Part shown: piece after piece, positions 9,154 through 19,041 of the stretch
How positions within the stretch are numbered: position 1 is the first letter of the stretch
Layout: every line of letters starts with the position of its first letter
Assembly: GCA_003290465.1 (NCBI GenBank)
Contig: CP030759.1
Location: 2,180,572-2,244,571 of the forward strand
Origin: Candidatus Sumerlaea chitinivorans
GTDB lineage: Bacteria > Sumerlaeota > Sumerlaeia > Sumerlaeales > Sumerlaeaceae
Reading direction: 5' to 3'
DNA: 64,000 bases
The notes under the pieces: model-generated
Databases searched by the model: none
Told to the model about the DNA's origin: nothing
What the model saw: only the letters and a program-made list of their open reading frames with translations
Position numbers and translations under genes: made by a program

Positions 9154-10173
9154 CTACTCTGAGAACTGAATGGGATTTGCAGCAATGAACCGCTCTGCGT
9201 CGATGGCCGCCATACAACCCGTCCCAGCCGCTGTAATTGCCTGCCGGTAGACGTGGTCTTGGCAATCGCCGCAAGCAAACACTCCCTCGGCACTCGTGTA
9301 GGTGGAGCCGGGCCGCGTGCGAATGTAACCGGCTTCATCCATTTCAAGCTGTCCGGCAAAAAGAGAGGTGTTTGGGGTATGACCGATTGCGACAAAGATG
9401 CCATCCGTCGAAACAATTCGCTCTTCGCCGGTGCGGGTATCGCGGAGCCGTGCTCCGGTCACGAACTTTCGAAATCCTTCGGTTTTCCCCAAAATCTCAA
9501 CAATCTGGGCATTCCAGATGAACTGGATTTTCGGGTGTTTCATTGCGCGCTCGGCCATAATTTTCGAGGCACGGAGCTGATCGCGCCGATGAACCACCGT
9601 CACAGTGCGCGCGTGCCGTGTCAGGAAGAGCGCCTCTTCCATCGCCGTGTCGCCGCCCCCGACGACCAACACGTCTTTGTCCCGATAAAGGGCGCCGTCG
9701 CACGTCGCGCATGCTGACACGCCGCAGTTTTTGTATTCTTCTTCCGATGGGATCCCGAGCCACTTTGCACTTGCCCCTGTAGCGACGATGACGGCTTCGG
9801 CCCAATACACCTCGCCGTCGCACTCTACCCGTAAGGGCCGCTTGCTGAAGTCCACGGCCGTCACCCGTTTTTGAAGGCATTCCGCGCCAAAATACTGGGC
9901 ATGACGACGAATGCGCTCGATGATCTCCGGGCCGGCGAGGCCGTGCAACTTATCGCCTTCCCACTCCACTAAGCCCGGGAAGTTTTCTACTTCGGTCGTG
10001 ATCGTTAACTGCCCACCGGGCATCGTATCATAGAATCCGTCACCCTCAAACACCAGCGGCGCGAGATTGGCTCGCGCAGTGTAAATAGCAGCCGTGAGTC
10101 CTGCAGGACCCGAGCCGATGATGATCACTTGGCGCACGTCGCTACGACGCAGATTGCTCGCTGGTTCTCCCAT
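9154..10173 (-). CDS. trxB: Thioredoxin-disulfide reductase
   Basis: 339 aa. GSGPAG FAD motif, CATC redox motif and GGGDTAMEEA NADPH motif are present. Confidence 0.92.
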   Translation of the reverse strand: MGEPASNLRRSDVRQVIIIGSGPAGLTAAIYTARANLAPLVFEGDGFYDTMPGGQLTITTEVENFPGLVEWEGDKLHGLAGPEIIERIRRHAQYFGAECLQKRVTAVDFSKRPLRVECDGEVYWAEAVIVATGASAKWLGIPSEEEYKNCGVSACATCDGALYRDKDVLVVGGGDTAMEEALFLTRHARTVTVVHRRDQLRASKIMAERAMKHPKIQFIWNAQIVEILGKTEGFRKFVTGARLRDTRTGEERIVSTDGIFVAIGHTPNTSLFAGQLEMDEAGYIRTRPGSTYTSAEGVFACGDCQDHVYRQAITAAGTGCMAAIDAERFIAANPIQFSE

Positions 10174-10333
10174 GATTCCTATTCACCTTCGTCCAATGGC
10201 GTTTTTGTGCATTGATATGCGTAGTTCCGATAAGCTGGTTGCGACCACCCGCCGGCGGCGGAAATTCTGTTTGCTCCGAATAAAGGACGCATGATATTTT
10301 GATTCAACGAAAAGAAGGAGCGACGAGACGCTG

Positions 10334-11317
10334 ATGCAACTAAGCCCCATCCACCGAGACGAAAAAACAATAGTCGCTCTGGCACGATGCGATCGCTACG
10401 AATCCGCGCGGCTCCGGGAAACATTGCAAGAAGTGCTTGAGCCCTTTGGCGGGATGCGCGCCTTCGTGCGCCCCGGGATGCGCGTGCTTTTGAAGCCAAA
10501 CTACGTGGTGGCCCGCCGAGCCGAAGCCGCCGCAAACACCCATCCGTTGTTCATCCTTGCCGTGGCCGAACTTGTTCGCGAGTGTGGCGGAGAGCCATTT
10601 GTGGGCGACTCTCCCGGCTGGGGAAGCGCCCGAGGCGTTGCCAAAGTCAGCGGCTTTCTGAGTGTGGCGGAGGCAACTGGCATTCCGGTTGTGGAACTAA
10701 GTGGCGCAGTGGCGAGCCCCTTGCCTTTCGGCACGACAAAGCATCTCAAGCTCAGCCGCGTAGTGTGCGAGGCAGACCTCATCATCAATCTCCCAAAATT
10801 CAAGGCTCATCAACAGATGCTCATGACGCTGGCCGTCAAAAACTGCTTTGGATGCGTGCCGGGGCGCAGAAAAGCGGCGTTACATATGCTTTCGCGCGAC
10901 AATCGCGAGTGGTTCGCGCGCATGCTCGTCGAAAACTATGTGCTCGTGCGTCCGCAGCTTCACCTAATGGATGGCATTCTGGCAATGGAGGGTAACGGCC
11001 CGTCGAATGGCAAACCTCGCCCGCTCGGTGTGGTCATGGCTGCCACGGATGCCGTGGCAATGGACCGCGTGGCGGTTGAGCTGGTGGGCCTGCCGTGGCA
11101 CCAGCTCACCACTCTCGTCGCGGCGCGCGACATGGGGGTCGGGGTAACGGACCTCGAAAAGCTTGAGCTCATCGGGCCGCCCCTCGACTCGCTTCGCTGC
11201 AGCACTTTCGAGCTGCCGCTGCTCATGCCCATTAGCTTTTCCCCCTACCGGGTCCTCCGCGGTCTGGTGCGCAATTACCTTATCAGGTGGGCGGAACGCC
11301 GTCGAGAAATGGCATAG
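10334..11317 (+). CDS. DUF362 domain protein
   Basis: 327 aa. The VLLKPNYV start and overall pattern are typical of DUF362. This is established family knowledge only; the function is unknown. Confidence 0.55.
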   Translation: MQLSPIHRDEKTIVALARCDRYESARLRETLQEVLEPFGGMRAFVRPGMRVLLKPNYVVARRAEAAANTHPLFILAVAELVRECGGEPFVGDSPGWGSARGVAKVSGFLSVAEATGIPVVELSGAVASPLPFGTTKHLKLSRVVCEADLIINLPKFKAHQQMLMTLAVKNCFGCVPGRRKAALHMLSRDNREWFARMLVENYVLVRPQLHLMDGILAMEGNGPSNGKPRPLGVVMAATDAVAMDRVAVELVGLPWHQLTTLVAARDMGVGVTDLEKLELIGPPLDSLRCSTFELPLLMPISFSPYRVLRGLVRNYLIRWAERRREMA

Positions 11318-11373
11318 CCTTGCACTGTACCGTGCACCCAATTGACGAGTACGCCGGAACTTGCGTCGTTCCT

Positions 11374-13305
11374 TTACTGGCGCGTTTGCTGTAGGGTTGT
11401 TAGCTTTTGCTGCAGGACGCGCGCTTGTGGGTGATCGGGCGACAACTGTAGGATTCGCTCCACGACTCGATTCGCCTCGTCTATGCGCCCCGCCTCGCCT
11501 AATGCATACGCAAACTCGGTACCTGCATCGAGATCGTTCCCAAAGAACGACAGATAGCGTCGGAGGACCTCGACCGCTTCTGCAGGCCGACGACGTTTGC
11601 GCAATTCCGCGGCGTATCCGCGTGCACACGCCGGATCCCACGGATGCATGGCTGCCCCCTCGCCAAGTAAGGCAAACGCCTCCTCGTCACGTCCCGCCAA
11701 CTGCATAGCTCGCGCCATCATGACGTAGTCGTTGGGCCGGATCCATCGCACCAGCTTGAGCGTCGGCGGGCTATTGATGCGTACAGCAGGCGACCATCTT
11801 GGTTGAAGCGCCACGATGAGCGCGACCGCAATGCCAAGCCCTCGCGCAACTCCGCCCCACGATCGCGTCGCCAAATCGCGCGCCAATGCCACGACTCCGG
11901 CGCCGGCCCAGAGGCACATCGGCAAGAGAAACTCCAGTCGATAGCGCCCAACAACAAAGACGAGGATGATCGAAATCGCAAAGCTCGCAGCATACAGATA
12001 GACCAAGAATTGTCGCCGCCAGTTGCGCCACGTGCGCCAGATACCCACCGCCCCCAGCGCGATCACAAGCTCCCACGTAATCGGGTTCGCCCGCAACACC
12101 CACGAGAATCGCTGGTTCAGATAATAACTTGAATTGTCCGCAATATCGTAGCCGCTGAAGAACATCCATGCTTTGCGTCCCAGATTGCGCGCGAAAGCCA
12201 GCGGCTCGGCAAGGATTGCCGCGAGAAGTTCCCGCGACCACGGCACCAGACTTTGATCGCCCCCATAGCGCTCTTTGAGCGCGTAGAAAGAGTCAGGATA
12301 ATGAAATATCCCAAACGAGTCCGGGGCGTTTCCAATGTAGAGAAGGATCGGGCCATTACCGGTGGTCAGCACCCACTGCCCGCCAATAATGCGATTGCGC
12401 AGCAGCGAGAGGAACAACAGGCTGCCGAAGCTCGCGGCAAATGCAAACGCCGCCCGCCACGCAGAACGCGTGACGGCAGACCGATCGCCTTCCGTCGCCA
12501 AGCTCGTCACCAAACGAATTGCCACCCACCACCCCGGAATCAGCAACGCGCCGACCAGAAGAAAATTGCCTCGTCCAAAACATGCCAAGGCGCTCAACAC
12601 CCCCGCAAAGGCAGCGAAGCGCCACGCGCGCTCGGGTTCCAATGTCCCCCGCACCAAGCACCATAAAAGGCACGCGTGAATTGCAACAAGCAGCCCCTCC
12701 ATGAGTAAGAGCTGTTCGTAAAACAGAATCGGACCACTTAGCGCCGCAAGCAAACCGGCCACAAGAGCTTCGCTCCGCCCCCACAGGCGGCGAGCAACGT
12801 CCCAGATCGCCACGGGTGCAATCACGCCAATGAGAGCCTGAATGCCGTGCACGACATCGTAGCTTTCTCCGAACACGCGAAACAGAAGGGCGAGAAAGTA
12901 CGGGTAGAGAGGGCCATAATAAAAAACCCCCTGTTTGCGGCTCAGCCAGTCACCCGCCACAAGGGACTTCGCCCACTCCCAGTACGTGTGCATGTCGGTT
13001 TCTGGAAGCGTCCGGTTGTAAAGCGGGTCAAAGTGCCGAACATTCCACCAATGGATCAAGCGCACGAGCAAGGCGACGATGAGCGTCACGAGGAGACCGT
13101 GTGCGGCCAGCCATTCCCAAGCGCTCCGACATCGGCCGGGTGCGGCGCCCTCGCGCGGGGAAGCGAGAGGGGAGGTGGTGCCAGAGGAAGCCACGGCTGC
13201 TCCACGGGGGCCATGCCCCACGGCATGTTCACGATTCGAGCGGCTGCGGCGATTCCTTGCGGACATGGCTCGGTCATCCACCTGTTTTCTGTGCATCACT
13301 GTCAA
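11374..13305 (-). CDS. GT-C fold glycosyltransferase (ArnT/PMT-like, GT39/GT83) with C-terminal TPR repeats
   Basis: It has multiple TM helices and a periplasmic-loop acidic motif (TDMHTY) in the first loop. The C-terminal ~130 aa are TPR-like. The N-terminal 60 aa of the ORF are low complexity, so the true start may be internal. Confidence 0.6.
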   Translation of the reverse strand: MTVMHRKQVDDRAMSARNRRSRSNREHAVGHGPRGAAVASSGTTSPLASPREGAAPGRCRSAWEWLAAHGLLVTLIVALLVRLIHWWNVRHFDPLYNRTLPETDMHTYWEWAKSLVAGDWLSRKQGVFYYGPLYPYFLALLFRVFGESYDVVHGIQALIGVIAPVAIWDVARRLWGRSEALVAGLLAALSGPILFYEQLLLMEGLLVAIHACLLWCLVRGTLEPERAWRFAAFAGVLSALACFGRGNFLLVGALLIPGWWVAIRLVTSLATEGDRSAVTRSAWRAAFAFAASFGSLLFLSLLRNRIIGGQWVLTTGNGPILLYIGNAPDSFGIFHYPDSFYALKERYGGDQSLVPWSRELLAAILAEPLAFARNLGRKAWMFFSGYDIADNSSYYLNQRFSWVLRANPITWELVIALGAVGIWRTWRNWRRQFLVYLYAASFAISIILVFVVGRYRLEFLLPMCLWAGAGVVALARDLATRSWGGVARGLGIAVALIVALQPRWSPAVRINSPPTLKLVRWIRPNDYVMMARAMQLAGRDEEAFALLGEGAAMHPWDPACARGYAAELRKRRRPAEAVEVLRRYLSFFGNDLDAGTEFAYALGEAGRIDEANRVVERILQLSPDHPQARVLQQKLTTLQQTRQ

Positions 13306-13349
13306 GGCTTGGGACGCCGATCTGCTCCCCTTTCAAGACTCACGGCGTT

Positions 13350-15020
13350 TCACTTTTTCTTTTTCGTGAACGCTTTGCGTAGCTGTGTGACGAGGGAAGC
13401 AGCCGCTTTGTCGCGTTCCAGCTCGCGCAAGAAATCCTGCGCTTCCTTTTCCCGACCCAGCTTCCACGCTGCAGCTGCCGCACACGCCAACACGTCGCGC
13501 CGAGCCGCTGAGTTCTTCGAAGGAGTTTGATCCAGCAAAGCCAGCGCATCCTGAAGCGCGCGGCTCGTTTCCTCATCAGATAATGCCAATTGCAGTAGCG
13601 AGGATTTCTGTCCGCGTAGCCGCGCGAGTCGCGACTCCTGCACACGCTTGTCGAGCTTGTCCTGACAGGCAAACACCACCGCGCGCTCCGCGGTCGTCAG
13701 CGCCTCATCCGTCACAAGGCTAAAAATCTCATCCTGTGCTTCTTCGATTTTGCCGCTGCTGACGAGCTGTTCCACTTGGCGCAGACGCTCACGGCGTTCC
13801 GTATTCGCAAGCACTCGCGAGGCAAGGTCCACCGGTCCACTGACATCCACGATGTCGCGGAACGCTGCCGCCAGGTTTTGAATCTCGCTCAGGAGCTCGC
13901 GCGCTTCATCGTACTTTCGGGCGTCCATCAGGGATTGGAAACGGTCAAACATCCAACTGAGTATTTCGTCCACAAGCTGCGGCCGCACCTTCTTGATCGT
14001 TTCGCTTCCCGGGTACTGAGCTGCCAGCTGTTGCAACTCATTGACCGTAGCTTCGACATCACGCTCGGAGCGGAACTTCTCGCGCAATGCGTCCAACCGC
14101 TGACTCACTTCGAGTTCGCGCGCCTCGTTAAGAAACTGCCGCAATTCCTCTTTCTCCGGGATGTCCGGATACAGTTGCAGAAATTGCTGGACGCGCTCCG
14201 CGAGATCCGCATAGCTGACCTCGCCTGCAACGAAGCGTCCATACAGATCGAGGATGCGCTGGCGGTAGTAGTGATTGATGTCCTGCTTGATCATGGCGAG
14301 AGCCACACTTGTCTCCGGGTCCGGCTCCCAGCTCTCCACTTCCGCAATGCGCTTGAGTGCCTCAGGATAGTTTTCCTGAAACTTCAGATCTTGTACGTAT
14401 CTGACCTGAGAGTTGAGTTCCGATCGCAGCGCCTTTGCGAGCGCGCGTGCAGCCACCTCGACGGCGCTCCCCGGCCGCGCTGTGCGGGTTGTGGCTTCGA
14501 GCTCCCGAAGCGCCGTCGCCCATCGCCCGCCCTCGATGTGTGAGTAGGCCGTGCGTAAGAGCTGAGCGGCGGGATCAGGACGCGTCGCGTAAAATAGCGC
14601 GAGGCCCAACACGATCACCAAGATAAATAGAACAACCGTGAGCCCGCCGAGAACGCGCAGCGCAGGCAGCGAGCGTTCCACTGTTTCAAGGTTTTGCAAG
14701 TACCTATGGGCTTTCGCCAGTTCCGGCTGAAGTGCCAGAGCTGCTTCCCAGGCTTCCCGCGCACGATCGAATTGTTTGAGTTTCGCGTAGAGGGTACCCA
14801 GCACGACGTGGGCATTGACAAAGCGCCGGTCTAAATCCAGCGCATTGTGGAGCTCGTCAATCGCTTCCTGATAGCGGCCTCGTTCCGCATGTTCGAGCGC
14901 CAAATTGTAGTGATGACGCGCCTTGTTCACAATGAGGCGCAGCATAGAAATATCGCGATCGCAAACATAACAGCGCTCGCGGTCCTCGCGATTCTCGGTT
15001 TGGCAATAAGGACATTGCAT
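13350..15020 (-). CDS. Zinc-ribbon/TPR/single-TM/coiled-coil protein (hypothetical)
   Basis: N-terminal CPYCQTENREDRERCYVCD zinc ribbon, then TPR, a TM helix (LTVVLFILVIVLGLALF), then a long helical Glu/Arg-rich region. It is 44 bp upstream of the GT-C gene on the same strand. Confidence 0.5.
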   Translation of the reverse strand: MQCPYCQTENREDRERCYVCDRDISMLRLIVNKARHHYNLALEHAERGRYQEAIDELHNALDLDRRFVNAHVVLGTLYAKLKQFDRAREAWEAALALQPELAKAHRYLQNLETVERSLPALRVLGGLTVVLFILVIVLGLALFYATRPDPAAQLLRTAYSHIEGGRWATALRELEATTRTARPGSAVEVAARALAKALRSELNSQVRYVQDLKFQENYPEALKRIAEVESWEPDPETSVALAMIKQDINHYYRQRILDLYGRFVAGEVSYADLAERVQQFLQLYPDIPEKEELRQFLNEARELEVSQRLDALREKFRSERDVEATVNELQQLAAQYPGSETIKKVRPQLVDEILSWMFDRFQSLMDARKYDEARELLSEIQNLAAAFRDIVDVSGPVDLASRVLANTERRERLRQVEQLVSSGKIEEAQDEIFSLVTDEALTTAERAVVFACQDKLDKRVQESRLARLRGQKSSLLQLALSDEETSRALQDALALLDQTPSKNSAARRDVLACAAAAAWKLGREKEAQDFLRELERDKAAASLVTQLRKAFTKKKK

Positions 15021-15310
15021 CGTTTTCTGTGCCCTAAACGAAAGCCATTGCCGGCACTTGGCAAGAAAAAGCTTCCAGCATACTACGCCAAGCGCGTGCG
15101 CCCATGAGCAGGACTTACCGCGAATCCAACCGCTGGGCTATTGGCCTTTGAGGTGTGTCCGAACCTCTCGCCACAAGGGCTCGTGCCCTCGCCCACAACC
15201 ACTTCCCCACCCACCATGAAAAAGCTGACCCGCCGTCGAATTTTCGTCCGAGCTCAGGTATAGTATTCTCAGGCTCCGGCCTACCAGCTTCGGACGGAGG
15301 TTCAGATACC

Positions 15311-15706
15311 GTGATTTGTGAAAGGTATCGGGAATCGTTGATGGCACTCCTCGACAACGAACTGCCGGAGAGCGAGCGTCACAACGTTGAGCTTCATCTG
15401 CAAGAGTGCCATGAATGTCGCACGGAGTACGAACAACTCCGCAATCTCGTCAGCCAGCTGAACACCCTCCGCTTCCCCGCCCCGAAACCCGAATTCTGGG
15501 ATGATTACTACCAAGGCGTGTGCGAGCGCATGCAGCGTAGCGCACGCTGGGGCATTTGGGGCGCGGCAGCCGTGGGCTTGCTCATTCTGGCGAACGTGCT
15601 GTTCTTTGCCGTACCAGCCAGCGCGTTAACAATCACGCTGGGTTCTCTTGCGCTCGTGGGTGGCGCCGTCACGCTTTGGCTGACCTATTATTGTAATTGC
15701 AGCTAA
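15311..15706 (+). CDS. Zinc-finger (ZAS-type) anti-sigma factor with C-terminal TM
   Basis: GTG 15311 is preceded by GGAGG with 10-nt spacing. C-x23-HLQECHEC fits the H-x3-C-x2-C anti-sigma motif, and a C-terminal TM helix follows. The ORF track gives a longer 15155 start whose upstream part looks non-coding. Confidence 0.6.
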   Translation: MICERYRESLMALLDNELPESERHNVELHLQECHECRTEYEQLRNLVSQLNTLRFPAPKPEFWDDYYQGVCERMQRSARWGIWGAAAVGLLILANVLFFAVPASALTITLGSLALVGGAVTLWLTYYCNCS

Positions 15707-15984
15707 AGCAGGCTCCTCTCCATCGAGGAGTGAACCGTTAGGGGGTTGCGCGCGCACGAAGATGTCGCGTCCAGCTCGTCGGTACACCACGCGCAAACCA
15801 GCTGAAGCGTAGCCGCCCCCTGCAGGGAATTCGTGTGGCTGCGCCCAGACGCGACGTTGCCCACTCGTGCGGGTTCACGCCTTCCGTTGAGATCGCCGTG
15901 GACGCAAGTCGCGCGGCGGAAACTGGACTTTTTGCGGCACCTATTTGGGGTGCAGAGTGCTCATGGGTTTTGAAAACCGTGGAG

Positions 15985-18876
15985 CTACTCTTCGTAATGC
16001 TCCCAACAGCCAATCTCGGAGGGGATTGGCCCGACGTACACAAACTTCACCGCATCGGCGCAGAACCGATTCTGTGGATTTGAGCCTGTTCCGTCGCCGT
16101 CCACGTTGGTCAATTCCACGCCGCCGACCGTCCCCGCTGCGCCCGCCTGAAATGGAACACCCGAGGCAATTTTTAGCCACTTGTTGCGCAGGCCTGGTGT
16201 ATAAGGATGCAGATACACAGTCCCAGAAATTGGCGTGCCGGCGTTCGTGATGACGTAACCGACATTCGCATCATTGTTCGGTCCACTGTAGCGATCGTCC
16301 AGCGTCACATAGACGTCGTAGAGGCCTGCCTGGGGAATTGCGGGACGGAATGCCGCCTTCGCCCCCACTTGCGTGGAATAGCGGGCCCCACTCCCAACCG
16401 TGCCGGGAGCACCCGACTTGCTCGTCGTGTTGCCGAATGTTCCGGTCTCTTGATACGCGGGAGTCGGCGTCAATCCTCCGCTCGAAGTGCGGCTTTCTAC
16501 GATCACCTCCTCCGGCAATGGGTCGCTGGTCACTTCCACAGTGAGCGTCGCCGAGCGCGACGCCGAGGCCCCGTCGGTGACGGTGACCGAGAATGTATAG
16601 AGACCGGTGGCGGTGGGGGTACCCGTGATCAGGCCCGATGATGCCAGCGTCAATCCCGGCGGTAAGCCACTGCCACCACTCCACGTGTAGGGCGTCGTGC
16701 CAAAGCTCGCATGCAGCCGGTAGGCAAACGGCTTATTCACCGGGATGCGCCCCAAGCTCACCGTATTGAGACTCAACCCCATATACTTCAGCACCCAGTT
16801 GTCGGGGTCTAAGTCAATTTCGAGCGGCACACTGGTCCCCAGGTTCACCGTATCCACGGCTGAAAGCGCCGAGTTCTGAATCCGGACCGTGGTGGTTTGA
16901 TGATCCTGACACACAACTTCGTAATCGAGGGGCATCACGTAGGGCGTCCCGGAGCCCACCTGCGTTGTGTTGAGTGCGAGCAGCCAATCCGAGCCGCTCT
17001 TTGAGCTGGACCCATGGAAACGGTAGGTGGGTTGCGCTGGTGGATTTGAGGAGTCCGTACGGTAAAGCCATTGGCTGAAGAAGGCCGTCAAATCCATTCC
17101 CGAAACAGCCTCGGCAACGTCCTCGAAATCCTGCGATACCGCGCTGCCGTAGGAGACTGCCGGATGCTGGGCCCACGTGCGCATGATCTCCCAAAACTTT
17201 TGCTCGCCCACCACGTGGCGCAGCATGTGCAACACCCACGCCCCCTTGCGGTACACCGCCGCGCCGGAGAAGTTGTCCGAGTTGGGGCCCACAACGGCCT
17301 GAGTCGTGGAAACGCTCCATCCGTTCACACGGCTCCAAAACTGATAACGCCCCCACTTGTATTCATCCCACAATGCCTCGCAGTACGTAGCAAATCCCTC
17401 ATTGAGCCATAGATGGTCGAACGTAAGAGGGGTAATTTTATCGCCGAACCACTGGTGCGCGAGCTCGTGAACATTACGCCGCTGCATGCCGTCCTGCACG
17501 TCTCCCCCGGGCATGCTCGTCGCTGTCTGATGTTCCATGCCTGCCCCGCTGTTGTGCGAGGCTGTATAATACTTCTCATCAAGGAACGGATATTCGCCAA
17601 AGCGGTCTGCAAAAAAGTTCATGACCTGCAACGTGCCGGCGGCACCCGTCGCCTCGAGGCTGAGGTTCTCGGGGTAGATTGCGTGGCGAATGGGCATCGT
17701 TGTGGTGCCGTCACGACTGGTGTACGTCGCCGACACATAAACATAGTTCGAAACGCAAAACGAGACGAGGTAGGTCGCGATCGGATAGCGGTTTTCCCAC
17801 ACCCACGTTTCCGTGGCACCGTTATTCACGACCGCAGCGAGTCGGCCATTCGACACCACCTGCCATCCCTGCCCGCTTGGCACAGTAATCCGTTGAATGG
17901 AGGAAGTCGCTTTGTCGTCGGGCAGATCCTTGCATGGCCACCACTGCCGCGCCCCATAGGGTTCGCTGAAGGTGTACACGACCGCCACCGGCGGCGAGCC
18001 GTGAGTAGACCGCACGTAGGGCGCCCCAAAGGTGCCTGTCGGTCGCGGCGTCCCACTGTAGTTGATGCGCACCTGAAACTCTTCGCCTGCAGGAACTGGA
18101 GCAGGCAACGTGATGCGAAGTTTATTATTTGCTGTGTCCACGCTGAAGGGGAGCAGCGGAGTCGAGGGGCCACTGTCCACGCTTGAGACCGCGAGCGCAC
18201 CGCCGTTCGAATCGAAATCGAGCACGCACGTCGTGAGCGAAGAATCCAGACTCCGCGCCCGCACTGTCACACTCGCTGCATTGAGCACCGAGGCGGTCAT
18301 ACTGGGAGTCCAGCTGCAATCGTAAAACAGCACATCGAACTTCGGCTGGACGGGATCCGCAGGCGGCGCCACCTTGGGTACCCCCTCGGCAAATGCTCGC
18401 TCAAAATGAATCTCTTCGTAGGAGCCATCGAGCGAAAACATCACTGTGCCGTCCCACAGCGTTCCTTCGCGCGTCGCCTTGCTGGAGCGAATCACCATCT
18501 CGTTCACTCCAACTCGAAGGAGCGCTTCGGGCACTCGATAATACCACCCATCAGAGCGCTGCAGGGGTTCGATGTCGAGGCGCCGCGCGTTCACCTCGAT
18601 TTCTGCAGGCCGCAGCCCCACCACCCGAAGGCCGTAACCGGTTTCAAGCGCCTGCCGCTCAAGGACAAACGTGGTAACCAGTTCGGTAGGCGCTACGGAT
18701 AGAGCACGAACCGCCGTCGCCCGATCGCGAATCTCTTCCCCGACGCCAAACAGGATTCTCCGCTGGCTCAGGTCGAGCTTCCCTGCACACGCAAATTGCA
18801 TCCCAACGCCATTAATCATGATCGCGGCAAGCACACCAATCGTGCGGCCCGCTACTCCGCTGAAGCACCTCATCAA
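15985..18876 (-). CDS. Secreted M1-family zinc aminopeptidase with extra N-terminal domain, Ig-like (dystroglycan/cadherin-type) domain and C-terminal Gly/Thr-rich domain
   Basis: HELAHQWFGD...WLNEGFATY is the HEXXH-x18-E motif. A signal-like N-terminus is present. TPYTWSGGSGLPPGLTLASSGLITGTPTATGLYTFSVTVTDG is a putative Ig domain. Confidence 0.8.
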   Translation of the reverse strand: MMRCFSGVAGRTIGVLAAIMINGVGMQFACAGKLDLSQRRILFGVGEEIRDRATAVRALSVAPTELVTTFVLERQALETGYGLRVVGLRPAEIEVNARRLDIEPLQRSDGWYYRVPEALLRVGVNEMVIRSSKATREGTLWDGTVMFSLDGSYEEIHFERAFAEGVPKVAPPADPVQPKFDVLFYDCSWTPSMTASVLNAASVTVRARSLDSSLTTCVLDFDSNGGALAVSSVDSGPSTPLLPFSVDTANNKLRITLPAPVPAGEEFQVRINYSGTPRPTGTFGAPYVRSTHGSPPVAVVYTFSEPYGARQWWPCKDLPDDKATSSIQRITVPSGQGWQVVSNGRLAAVVNNGATETWVWENRYPIATYLVSFCVSNYVYVSATYTSRDGTTTMPIRHAIYPENLSLEATGAAGTLQVMNFFADRFGEYPFLDEKYYTASHNSGAGMEHQTATSMPGGDVQDGMQRRNVHELAHQWFGDKITPLTFDHLWLNEGFATYCEALWDEYKWGRYQFWSRVNGWSVSTTQAVVGPNSDNFSGAAVYRKGAWVLHMLRHVVGEQKFWEIMRTWAQHPAVSYGSAVSQDFEDVAEAVSGMDLTAFFSQWLYRTDSSNPPAQPTYRFHGSSSKSGSDWLLALNTTQVGSGTPYVMPLDYEVVCQDHQTTTVRIQNSALSAVDTVNLGTSVPLEIDLDPDNWVLKYMGLSLNTVSLGRIPVNKPFAYRLHASFGTTPYTWSGGSGLPPGLTLASSGLITGTPTATGLYTFSVTVTDGASASRSATLTVEVTSDPLPEEVIVESRTSSGGLTPTPAYQETGTFGNTTSKSGAPGTVGSGARYSTQVGAKAAFRPAIPQAGLYDVYVTLDDRYSGPNNDANVGYVITNAGTPISGTVYLHPYTPGLRNKWLKIASGVPFQAGAAGTVGGVELTNVDGDGTGSNPQNRFCADAVKFVYVGPIPSEIGCWEHYEE

Positions 18877-19041
18877 ACGACCCCTCCAAATAGTTTACTT
18901 CCCCATGCTGAGTAAGGACAGGTCTGTTGGGCAAGACGAATCGGCCACGTCAAGCAATCTGAGCCGCCGGATCCAACAAAAGTTCTTGGCAACTTGCCTT
19001 GTTGACGAAACTTTACAGTTGGCCGCACGAAAAGATGTGAG

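Noticed and set aside
15053-15072. Sigma-54-like promoter (GGCAC...TTGGCA/GC) upstream of the anti-sigma gene
   Set aside because: The GG-to-GC spacing is 11 nt rather than the canonical 12, and there is no enhancer-binding protein gene nearby.
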